IMG/VR virus record: IMGVR_UViG_3300033233_000009
Coordinates: 60,598 to 124,597 of that record
DNA length: 64,000 nucleotides
From: a virus
Direction: 5' to 3' (one strand)
The notes under the pieces are model-generated. The model searched no databases. It saw only the letters and a list, made by a program, of their open reading frames with translations, and was not told the DNA's origin. Both the position numbers and the translations under genes were made by a program. Of this stretch, positions 38,670 through 46,810 are shown piece after piece; the first letter of the stretch is position 1; each line of letters begins with the position of its first letter.

Positions 38670-39707
38670 ATGGCCTCTCCGTCGCGTCCCCTCGACCCGC
38701 CCAGCAGGGATCTGCTTCGCCTCGACGCACGCGGCGCACTCGACCCGGCGAAGGCCGCGGAGCTGCTGACCGCCGTGGACGACGCCGCGGCATTCGTCCA
38801 GGCGGCCCGGTCGAAGGGAACCCGCGACGCCTACGCCTCGGACTGGCGACAGTTCGCCGCGTGGATCGAGTCGCACGGGCTCGACGCGCTGCCCGCCGAT
38901 CCGCGCATGGTCGCGCTCTGGCTCGGCCACATGGCGCGCGCGCTCAGCCGCAGGCCCGCCAGTATCCGCCGGATGCTTTCGACGATCGGCACCGTCCACA
39001 AGCGCGCCGGTCACCCGAACCCCTGCGAGCAGGAGGTGGTCCGCGAGGCCATGCGCGGCATCGCGAACACGCTCGGCGTTCGCCCGAAGCGCGCGGCGCC
39101 GCTCCTGATCCCCCACCTGGAAGCGCTCGTCGGAGGCATGGGGGCTGACCTCCGCGGCGTGCGCGACCGCGCGATCCTGCTCACCGGGTGGAGCGGTGCG
39201 CTCCGCCGAAGCGAGATCGCGGGACTCCTGGCCGAGGATCTGACCTTCCTCGACAAGGGCGTGAGCGTGCTGATCCGCCGGAGCAAGACCGACCAGCAAG
39301 GCGAGGGGCAGCACGTCGCGCTGTTCTACGCGACCCGCACGGCGCTCTGCCCGGTGCGGGCCCTGCAAGAGTGGATGGAGCGCGCCGGCATCACCGAGGG
39401 GCCCGTGTTCGTGCGACTCAGCGGGCACCGGAAGGACCCGCAGTTGATCGCGGACCCGCTCGCGCCCGAAATGATCCGCTACATCGTCCAGACCTGGACG
39501 AAGCGGGCGGGCGTGCAGCCCGAGCAGCTCGGCGCGGTGTTCAGCGCGCACTCGCTCCGCGCGGGCTTCATCACCGAGGCGGCCCGGAGCGGCAAGGCCG
39601 AGTGGATGATCGCCAAGCAGTCGCGCCACAAGAGCGCCGACGTGCTCCGCAGCTACATTCGCGTGGCCGACACGTTCCAGGGCAACGCGGGCGAGGGGCT
39701 GCTGTGA
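38670..39707 (+). CDS. tyrosine recombinase (Cre-like integrase/resolvase)
   Basis: N-terminal SAM-like domain TRDAYASDWRQF; RDRAILL..LRRSEI; RRSKTDQ; SAHSLRAGFIT; SRHKS..RSY. Confidence 0.92.
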   Translation: MASPSRPLDPPSRDLLRLDARGALDPAKAAELLTAVDDAAAFVQAARSKGTRDAYASDWRQFAAWIESHGLDALPADPRMVALWLGHMARALSRRPASIRRMLSTIGTVHKRAGHPNPCEQEVVREAMRGIANTLGVRPKRAAPLLIPHLEALVGGMGADLRGVRDRAILLTGWSGALRRSEIAGLLAEDLTFLDKGVSVLIRRSKTDQQGEGQHVALFYATRTALCPVRALQEWMERAGITEGPVFVRLSGHRKDPQLIADPLAPEMIRYIVQTWTKRAGVQPEQLGAVFSAHSLRAGFITEAARSGKAEWMIAKQSRHKSADVLRSYIRVADTFQGNAGEGLL

Positions 39708-40075
39708 AGCGGAAGGACGCGGAGGCGCTCCTCGGCTCGCGCGTGAGCGTCTGGACCGCCATGAACGGCGAGTACGTCGGGACGCTCGTGGACGTGGTCG
39801 GGAGCCCCTGGCGCGCAAAGGTGCAGATCACCGGCGTGCTCGCGCCCGCGGCGTTCGAGTGGAGCCGTGGGAGCCGGCAGCGCCCCGGCTTCCGCCCGGG
39901 ACAGGTCGTCGAGGTGGGCGGCGCGAGCGTGCGGCCAACGGCCGACCCCGGCACGACGTACGAGCAGGCGCTCCGCGTCGCCGCCGAGGTGGCGGAGGCG
40001 TCGGCAGCGACCGCCGGACCGCGCGACGTGTCCACGCTGCTCCGCGTCGCGGCGCACTACCGTGGTCAGCTCTAG
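39704..40075 (+). CDS. hypothetical protein
   Basis: GTGA overlap with the recombinase gene. Confidence 0.55.
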   Translation: MKRKDAEALLGSRVSVWTAMNGEYVGTLVDVVGSPWRAKVQITGVLAPAAFEWSRGSRQRPGFRPGQVVEVGGASVRPTADPGTTYEQALRVAAEVAEASAATAGPRDVSTLLRVAAHYRGQL

Positions 40076-40116
40076 CCCCGGCTTGCCACGGGCCTCCCGC
40101 CTGGTACTCTCCCCGC

Positions 40117-40191
40117 CGCGGCAGAGTGGCACGGTCCCACGCCAGGCCCATACCCTGGAGACAGTCGGTTCGACTCCGGCAGCCGCAACCA
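40117..40191 (+). tRNA. tRNA-Met(CAT), initiator-like, atypical
   Basis: Cloverleaf CGCGGCA/AGCCGCA-A-CCA; D arm GTGG/CCAC; anticodon arm CCAGG-ccCATac-CCTGG; T arm GTCGG-TTCGACT-CCGGC; promoter TTGCCA-N16-TACTCT at 40083-40110. Confidence 0.8.
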
Positions 40192-40254
40192 TCCCTGGGA
40201 GTTTCTTGCTCTGCTTGACGCCCGGTGCCGCCTCTGGCAGCGTTGGCGGCACGC

Positions 40255-41985
40255 ATGACCTCCATGGCCGCCGTCGTCCAGGGCACCGAGCGCTGGCACG
40301 TGCAGCACGCCGATTGCCGGTTCGCGCTCTCGTGCCTGCCCGATGCGTGCGTTGACGCGATCGTGTGCGATCCACCGTACGACCTCACGGCGGGCAAGAA
40401 GGGCGGCACCGGCGTCGCATCGCTGAACCTGAACTCACCCGCAGGTCGCGCGCGCATCTCGACCGGCTTCATGGGCAAGGCGTGGGACGGCACCGGGATC
40501 GCATTCGACCCGGCGATGTGGGCCGAAGCTCTCCGCGTTCTCAAGCCCGGCGGTCACCTGCTCGCGTTCGGCGGGACGCGGACCTACCACCGCATGACGT
40601 GTGCGATCGAGGACGCCGGCTTTGACGTTCGGGACTGTTTGGCATACATGTACGGCACCGGCTTCCCCAAAAGCCTCAACGTGCACGAGTCGGCGCGTGG
40701 GCTATACTGCGAGTGTGGTGACAGCGACGTGCACGGAGTGCGGGGCTCGGTACGAGACGCAAGCTTGCTGGCTCAAGCGAGTGAAGCGACCGAAGTGCTC
40801 CAGGGAGTGCAACGGAGCGGAGCGCGGTCGTCAGTGGGCGACGTTCGGTCACATGGGCCCGAAGGCGAAGACGGCGGAGTCGCTCAGGCGAGCGGCGGAC
40901 AAGATGCGTGGGCCACGGAACCCGGCCTGGAAGGGCGGGGCGACGTACTTCCGGAAACACGGGAATTACAAGCCGATCCGATACGTCAGATGTCCAGCGG
41001 AGCTAGCGTCGATGGCCCGCAAGGACGGATACGTGATGGAGCATCGGCTGCTCATGGCGCGGATGGCGAAGCGCCCGCTCGACCGCGTCGAGGTCGTGCA
41101 CCACGTGGACCACGACCCGCAGAACAATACGCCGACGAATCTGGAGCTGTGGCCAGACAACCGGTCACACAAGTTGGCGGAGCATGGCCGACATGTGGAA
41201 GGTGCGGCAAACCGCGTATCCCCTCCGGTTTCGGTACCGCGCTCAAGCCCGCCTTCGAGCCGGTCGTCCTCGCGCGAAAGCCCCTCGGCGGAACCGTCGC
41301 CGCGACGTTCATGGAGCACGGGACGGGCGCGCTGAACATCGACGGGTGCCGGATCGGAACGACCGTGGAAACATGGCCAGAGAGTCGCACATGGGGGCGT
41401 CCGCCGGTGCCAACGGACTGCAGCACCGGCAGCCCCGGCAGCACCGGCAGCCCGCCGCCCGGCCGCTGGCCTGCCAACGTGCTCCTCGACGCGGACGCGG
41501 CCGAAGTACTCGACGAGCAGGCGGGCGCTGTCACGCGCAACGGCGGCGGCCGGCAAATCTGGGGCGCGAGGAACACGAACGGTCCTGTACCAGACAGCGG
41601 TTACGCGGACTCCGGCGGACCATCGCGGTTCTTCTACACGGCGAAGGCGTCCAGATCCGAGCGCGACGCCGGTCTCGACGACTTCGACGCGCGGGCCGCT
41701 GGCGAGGCGACCGGGCGCAAGGACGGCAGCGCGGGACTCACGCCGCGAGCCGGTGCGGGTAGAGCTACCCGCACCGGCGTCCGCAACACTCACCCGACGG
41801 TCAAGCCCGTCGATCTGATGCGCTGGCTCGTGCGACTCGTCTGTCCGCCCGGCGGCATCGTGCTCGACCCGTTCGCTGGCAGTGGGACCACCGGCGTCGC
41901 CACGATGCTGGAAGGCTCCGGCCGACGCTTCATCGGCCTGGAACTCGACCCGCTGCACGTCGATGCGATCGGGGGAACGCCGTGA
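40255..41985 (+). CDS. N6/N4 DNA methyltransferase (beta class) with a large internal insertion
   Basis: DAIVCDPPY; GFMGKAWD; LRVLKPGGHLLAFGGTRTYHR; YGTGFPKS; GTALKPAFEP; GRWPAN; HPTVKP; VLDPFAGSGTTG. Confidence 0.92.
   Translation: MTSMAAVVQGTERWHVQHADCRFALSCLPDACVDAIVCDPPYDLTAGKKGGTGVASLNLNSPAGRARISTGFMGKAWDGTGIAFDPAMWAEALRVLKPGGHLLAFGGTRTYHRMTCAIEDAGFDVRDCLAYMYGTGFPKSLNVHESARGLYCECGDSDVHGVRGSVRDASLLAQASEATEVLQGVQRSGARSSVGDVRSHGPEGEDGGVAQASGGQDAWATEPGLEGRGDVLPETRELQADPIRQMSSGASVDGPQGRIRDGASAAHGADGEAPARPRRGRAPRGPRPAEQYADESGAVARQPVTQVGGAWPTCGRCGKPRIPSGFGTALKPAFEPVVLARKPLGGTVAATFMEHGTGALNIDGCRIGTTVETWPESRTWGRPPVPTDCSTGSPGSTGSPPPGRWPANVLLDADAAEVLDEQAGAVTRNGGGRQIWGARNTNGPVPDSGYADSGGPSRFFYTAKASRSERDAGLDDFDARAAGEATGRKDGSAGLTPRAGAGRATRTGVRNTHPTVKPVDLMRWLVRLVCPPGGIVLDPFAGSGTTGVATMLEGSGRRFIGLELDPLHVDAIGGTP
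40715..41335 (+). CDS. nested HNH endonuclease in the +1 frame inside the methyltransferase
   Basis: CTECG..KCSREC; GPRNPAWKGG; DGYVMEHRLLMA..RPL..EVVHHVDHDPQNNTPTNLEL..H..EH; TATACT at 40703, 6 nt before the GTG. Confidence 0.8.
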   Translation: MVTATCTECGARYETQACWLKRVKRPKCSRECNGAERGRQWATFGHMGPKAKTAESLRRAADKMRGPRNPAWKGGATYFRKHGNYKPIRYVRCPAELASMARKDGYVMEHRLLMARMAKRPLDRVEVVHHVDHDPQNNTPTNLELWPDNRSHKLAEHGRHVEGAANRVSPPVSVPRSSPPSSRSSSRESPSAEPSPRRSWSTGRAR

Positions 41986-42076
41986 CCACCTGCCACCACT
42001 GCCTCGCCCAGTTCGCCCCCCGACGAGTGCTGGCCGAGGCGCGGCGATTGTGCGACCGGCGGAGACGGGGTGTGCG

Positions 42077-43246
42077 GTGCTGACGAATCTGCAGAAGACG
42101 CCCTTTCCATGGTTCGGCGGGAAATCCGACGCTGCCCCATCCGTGTGGACCGCGCTGGGCGATGTCGATCACTACGTCGAGCCGTTCGCCGGCTCGCTCG
42201 CGGTGCTCCTCCGCAGGCCGCACCCGTGCAATCGGAGCTACTTCTCCGAGACCGTGAACGACCTCGACGGCCTGCTCGTGAATGCGTGGCGCTCCATGCA
42301 ACTCTCGCCCGACGCAATGGCTGATGCGGCGTCGTGGCCCGTCTCTGAGGCGGACATGCATGCGCGGCACTTGGCGCTCGTGAAGTGGCGGAACGAACGG
42401 CAGCTGGAGCACCTGATGGGCGACCCGGCGTTTCACGATCCGGTCATGGCCGGCTGGTGGTGCTGGGGCCAAGCGTGCTGGATCGGCTCGGGCTGGTGCG
42501 ACGGCGGAGGCGGGTGGATCGTGGGCGCGGACGGGCGGATTACGAAGGCGGCGCGCGAGCCGAACGGCATCGGGAAGCGCCAGCTCCCCCACCTCAGCAA
42601 CGACGGCCAAGGCGTGAACCGGCCGCAGGCACGCGAGCCGGGCGTGTCGCGCCAGCTCCCCCACCTCGGCGACGACGGCCAAGGCGTGAACCACGCCGGA
42701 GCGCGAGAGCCGGGCGTCGAGATCGACCACGAGTATCACCCGATGACGATGCCGGAACTGACCCGCTGGTTCCGCTTCCTGTCCGCGCGGCTGCGCCACG
42801 TGCGGATCCTCAATGGCGACTGGAAGCGCGCGCTGACCAACGGCGCAGCGAAGACGCTCCCTGTCCGCATGGGCGGGGCGTGCGGCGTGTTTCTCGATCC
42901 GCCCTACGCCGACACGGCCAAGCGCCAGAGTAACCTGTACGCGCACGACTCGGGAACGGTGGCGCACGAGGTCCGCGAATGGGCGCTCGCGCACGGGGAC
43001 GATCCGCAATTCCGGATCGTGCTCGCCGGGTACGCGGAGGAACACGTCATGCCGGACGGGTGGCGCGAAGTGGAGTGGTTCCGCAAGGGGTTCCTCAAGG
43101 GCGGCATGGGCAATCAGAGCGAGGGGCACGAGTCGCACCAGCAGCACAAAGAGAGGCTGTGGATGAGTCCGCATTGCCTCGCGCCGGAACTCGCGAAGCC
43201 GGCGGCACAGATGGCGATGTTCGACGCGCTCGGAGCCGCCCCATGA
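42077..43246 (+). CDS. D12-class (Dam-like) N6-adenine DNA methyltransferase
   Basis: PFPWFGGKS; YVEPFAGS; ETVNDLDG; VFLDPPY; ERLW; internal 24-aa tandem duplication. Confidence 0.88.
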   Translation: MLTNLQKTPFPWFGGKSDAAPSVWTALGDVDHYVEPFAGSLAVLLRRPHPCNRSYFSETVNDLDGLLVNAWRSMQLSPDAMADAASWPVSEADMHARHLALVKWRNERQLEHLMGDPAFHDPVMAGWWCWGQACWIGSGWCDGGGGWIVGADGRITKAAREPNGIGKRQLPHLSNDGQGVNRPQAREPGVSRQLPHLGDDGQGVNHAGAREPGVEIDHEYHPMTMPELTRWFRFLSARLRHVRILNGDWKRALTNGAAKTLPVRMGGACGVFLDPPYADTAKRQSNLYAHDSGTVAHEVREWALAHGDDPQFRIVLAGYAEEHVMPDGWREVEWFRKGFLKGGMGNQSEGHESHQQHKERLWMSPHCLAPELAKPAAQMAMFDALGAAP

Positions 43247-43458
43247 CCTGCCACCACTGCCTCGCCCAGTTCGCCCCCCGCAAGGCCGGCCAGCGCTTCT
43301 GTTCCGCCGAGTGCCGCTGCGCCGAGCGGAACGAGACGAAGCGCGCCGCCCCCGGGCACGACCACGCGACGCTGGACGAGGTTGCCGCCGCGATGGGGCT
43401 GGCGCAGGGCACCGCGCTGCAGAGGCTCACGACGCGCGGCCTGGAGGCGGACTACTGA
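43243..43458 (+). CDS. small Zn-finger/HTH protein
   Basis: CHHC..FCSAEC; TLDEVAAAMGL. Confidence 0.55.
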   Translation: MTCHHCLAQFAPRKAGQRFCSAECRCAERNETKRAAPGHDHATLDEVAAAMGLAQGTALQRLTTRGLEADY

Positions 43459-43855
43459 TGCTGACCCCGAAGGACGACGTGATGCTCCGCGACATCCTGC
43501 GCGCCCAGGTGGCCCCGCCGTGGCAGCTCGTCACCGTGCTCCTGGAGCAGGTGCGGCAGGACGCCAAGGAGGACGGGCGAAGGTGACGCTGTCCGTTGCA
43601 CTGGCGCTCGTGCTCGCGGGCCTACCGGCCGGCTACGGGCTCCGCTGGCTTCACGAGGCCCATCAGCGGCGCCAGCGGGAGCGGGTGCTGCGCGCGCTCG
43701 GCGGCGCCCTGCCGGACTGGGAGGTGGACGCCCGCGCCCTGGAACACAAGGCGCACGAGTGCACACTCCACGGGAACATCTACGGCGCCGCCGACATGCA
43801 CCGCGCCGCTGATACGACCCGGGCCCGCGGCCGGAAGCGGGATCGCGAGTGGGCT

Positions 43856-43893
43856 TGACGGCATCGTTCGCCAGTGGCAGCATTGGCGGCACA
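43856..43893 (+). promoter_or_regulatory. sigma70-type promoter
   Basis: TTGACG-N17-CAGCAT-tggcggcac-ATG. Confidence 0.55.
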
Positions 43894-45106
43894 TGACCGA
43901 GTACACCCTCGTTGCGGTGTTGAACGACAACCTCGTGCGCGCGAGCAGCCAGTACGGCCCCGAATGAAGCTCCTGAACTGCCGCCAGTGCGACGACGTGA
44001 TCAAGATCGTGGACAAGGCCCGCTCCTGCGAGTGCGGCCGCTGCACGGGTATGCTCGACGCCGTTGGCGGCACACTGCTGGTCACCGGCCCGGCGCGTGT
44101 GTTCGAGATACCATGGCCCGAGTACGACCAGGCGGCGGGCGGTGAGTGGCAGCGGTGGCGGATGGTGCCGCGATGAGCACGGTGGGCCCGGAGTACGCCA
44201 CGACGCACCGTCTGGTCGCGCTGGAGCAGAGGGTCGGGCCCCAGCCGGTCCCGGTGCCCCCGGGTCCCCACGGGTGGCGGCTCTGTGCGGCCACCGCGGT
44301 GATGTGGGTCGTGGACGAGGCCCAGAACAGCCACCAAGTGCTCTACACGTGGTTCTGGAGGCGCGCCGGCCGGGAACGTGTCGCCGGAGCGCTCGGGGGC
44401 GACGGAGATCCCCAATGAGCCTACGGGACGACGTGCGCTGGGTCCGCGAGGCGGCCGACGGCTTGCTCGTCGGTTGGCTGCCCGGTCGCCTGCCGCGGTG
44501 GTCCACGACGGAGGGCGAACAGCTCGGCTGGCTCGTGCTGCTGCTCTGGCACAAGTTCTACGACGCGAGCATGGCCCGCATCATGCTGGAGGCGCGTGTG
44601 CAGAGCCTGGAAGGCGACGTGGACGGGCTCCGCGAGACGAACCGCATCCTCACCGACCTGCTGGAGGCGTGCGAGCACCGTGGCGACCCGTAAGGGGCCG
44701 CCCTGCCCGGAGTGCGGCAAGCTCGGCTGCAAGTCGCAGTCCACGTTCGCCTGCTGGGTCCGGTGCCACAAGCTCGCCCTCGCCGAGCACGGCTACGCCC
44801 GGTGTGGCAGCAATACGGTGATGCTCCGCAAGGCGGGGGTGCACCTTCTGCTCGCGCCGCAGCCGGCGGGCAACGAGGTCTGGTACGGGCCCGACTGGGC
44901 GGTACGGAAGCTCGCGGACCTGCGCAAGCAGGCCAGCTCCGCGGAGCGGCGCCTGTACGGCTTGCGTGTCGAGCAGGCACTCCGCTCCGACCCACGATTC
45001 GGTCCCCTGCCGGCCGCAATGACGGACCGCCTGGAGGTGCTGCGCGCCTTCGCCGTTCTGCGAGGCTGGCGTCTCCACCGCGGCTCGTGGCATAAGTGAC
45101 GGCACA

Positions 45107-45589
45107 ATGCTCCAGGCCACACGCATCGCATCTCGCATGTACCAGGGGCCCTGCCCCCCATCGACCGATGCCGTGCGGGGACACCGGTTCACCGTGCTCG
45201 TGTTCTGCGCGCGCGAGATTCAGCCGTACCTGCCGGACCACCTGCTCCGCGGGCTCGACGTGCTGTACGTGCCGCTGAACGACAGCTTCAACGAGCCGAT
45301 GACCGACGCCGAGTGGGACCTCGCGCACGGCGCGGGCAGGGAGGTGGCCCGACTCACTGCGCTCGGTGGGCGCTCGCTAGTGACGTGCGCGGCGGGCCTG
45401 AACCGCTCGGGCATCGTGAACGCCATCGCGCTCCACTACCGCTTCGGCTGCTCGGGCGCCGGGGCCATCGCTCAAATCCGCGCGACGCGCGGACCGCAGG
45501 CGCTGAGCAATCCGAGCTTCGAGCGCCGCCTGGTCAAGCTCGGTTCACGACGGCGCAGACCCCATGCCGCCGCGGGGCCGGCGTCGTAG
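45107..45589 (+). CDS. dual-specificity/tyrosine phosphatase-like protein
   Basis: VPLND; LVTCAAGLNRSG (CX5R); AIAQIRATR..ALSNPSF. Confidence 0.82.
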   Translation: MLQATRIASRMYQGPCPPSTDAVRGHRFTVLVFCAREIQPYLPDHLLRGLDVLYVPLNDSFNEPMTDAEWDLAHGAGREVARLTALGGRSLVTCAAGLNRSGIVNAIALHYRFGCSGAGAIAQIRATRGPQALSNPSFERRLVKLGSRRRRPHAAAGPAS

Positions 45590-45732
45590 GCCCCGCGCTG
45601 CCTTGGTGCTCTCGACAAGACGACGTCGCGGTGTCGTAGGCCCCGCGCTGCCTTGGGAATGGGGACCGGCATGGGGCCGTCAAGCCTGTACTGCTCGCCG
45701 TGACGTTGGAGGCCCCACGTTGCCTTGCAGGC
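45575..45732 (-). CRISPR. degenerate CRISPR mini-array (3 repeats; spacers of 36 and 14 nt)
   Basis: Minus strand: gcctgCAAGGCAaCGtGGGGCCTcCaACGtCaCGgC (45697-45732), attcCCAAGGCAGCGCGGGGCCTaCGACaCCGCGAC (45625-45660), agcaCCAAGGCAGCGCGGGGCCTaCGACGCCGgccC (45575-45610). Confidence 0.9.
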
Positions 45733-45775
45733 ACATGGCGGCACCTTAGCCGGTGGCAGCACCGGCGTCCAGGCG
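45733..45775 (-). promoter_or_regulatory. promoter of the mini-array, duplicate of 6310-6352
   Basis: TGGACG-N17-TAAGGT; 42/43 identical to 6310-6352. Confidence 0.75.
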
Positions 45776-45790
45776 ACCCACCGGCCCCAC

Positions 45791-46810
45791 TCAGAACGGG
45801 ACCTCGTCGTCGGCCAGCTCTTGCTCCCCGTGCGCTTCCGTCGCCCGCAGCGAGGCTTCCCGGGCCGCCTCGCTCTCCTGCGCCTGGCGCCACTCGGCCT
45901 CACTCTGCTCCAGCCGCTCCGACAAGATCGCGGTCACCTCCTCGGGGTGTTCCTCGACCCATTGCAGGAACGTCTCGGTGCGGCTCCGCTTCGGGGACGC
46001 GGTGATCCCTCGCTTCACCGCCTTCCACACGGGAAGCAGCTCGGGATCGATGTCGCTCTCGACCGTGGAGTCCGATTCCGAGGCGGCTTCGCTCCGCCGG
46101 ATTCCGCGGAGCGCGCTACTGGCCTTCCGCCCGGTATGAGTCTGAAGGGCGGTGAGGTCGCGGGTAAGTTCAATCTCGGCGCGCAGCCGCTGCTCTCTCT
46201 CCTCGATGGGATCCACTGCCCGGTGGCGGCGCGCGTCGTAGAACGCATCGACCTCGGCTCGAAGCTGCCGCGCCCGCTCCTCACCGACCACCTGGCAGCG
46301 GTCACCTCGCACCAGCGTCGTCGGCTCGATGATGGTGCGGGCGCGCGCCGCCTTCGTGAACGGGGCGAGCTGCTTCCCCACCGCTCGCTTGTCGGCCTCC
46401 AGATCCGCGATCTGCTCACGCAGCCGGCTGATCTTCTGCTGGGCGGTTCGGCGCACGCCGCTCGCGTACATGCGTTCGGCCTCCAGTTGCCGCGCGCTCT
46501 TGTTCGGCTGTAGCTCACCGAGCCCCAGGTCGAGCCACGCCTCGGTGATCTGCCGGTCGTCGCGCCACTCCTCGGGGTGGTGGCCCATGCGGCGGAGCAG
46601 GCCCTTCTTCTCCATGGCCCGCACCGTGTGCACGGTCGTGTACCACCGCGGCAGCCGATACGGCTCGTGCCCGATGTCCTTCTGCCACCGCCACTCGATC
46701 CCCGGCGTCGTCCAGAAGCCGCCAGGCCAGCGCTCCAGCACGCCGTCGGAACCCGGCTCGGTCAGCTTCTCGATGACCTCAAGCTGGGCGAGGGATGGGC
46801 CGGACGCCAT
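45791..46810 (-). CDS. hypothetical protein (wHTH-like N-terminus, coiled coil)
   Basis: MASGPSLAQLEVIEKL..RWPGGFWT..TVRAMEKKGLL; abuts the upstream stop. Confidence 0.6.
   Translation of the reverse strand: MASGPSLAQLEVIEKLTEPGSDGVLERWPGGFWTTPGIEWRWQKDIGHEPYRLPRWYTTVHTVRAMEKKGLLRRMGHHPEEWRDDRQITEAWLDLGLGELQPNKSARQLEAERMYASGVRRTAQQKISRLREQIADLEADKRAVGKQLAPFTKAARARTIIEPTTLVRGDRCQVVGEERARQLRAEVDAFYDARRHRAVDPIEEREQRLRAEIELTRDLTALQTHTGRKASSALRGIRRSEAASESDSTVESDIDPELLPVWKAVKRGITASPKRSRTETFLQWVEEHPEEVTAILSERLEQSEAEWRQAQESEAAREASLRATEAHGEQELADDEVPF

Noticed and set aside
38670-40191. tRNA next to the recombinase as a prophage att boundary
   Set aside because: Phage-like genes and the same promoter family continue on both sides; no duplicated tRNA 3' end seen
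40700-41220. MTase insertion as an intein
   Set aside because: No C1/block B or terminal HN-C/S/T motifs in the MTase frame; the nuclease is in another frame
45575-45732. Satellite repeats as a tracrRNA anti-repeat
   Set aside because: Their promoter would transcribe them in repeat sense; they are spaced like an array and lie 39 kb away. Read-through from the + strand phosphatase gene is not excluded
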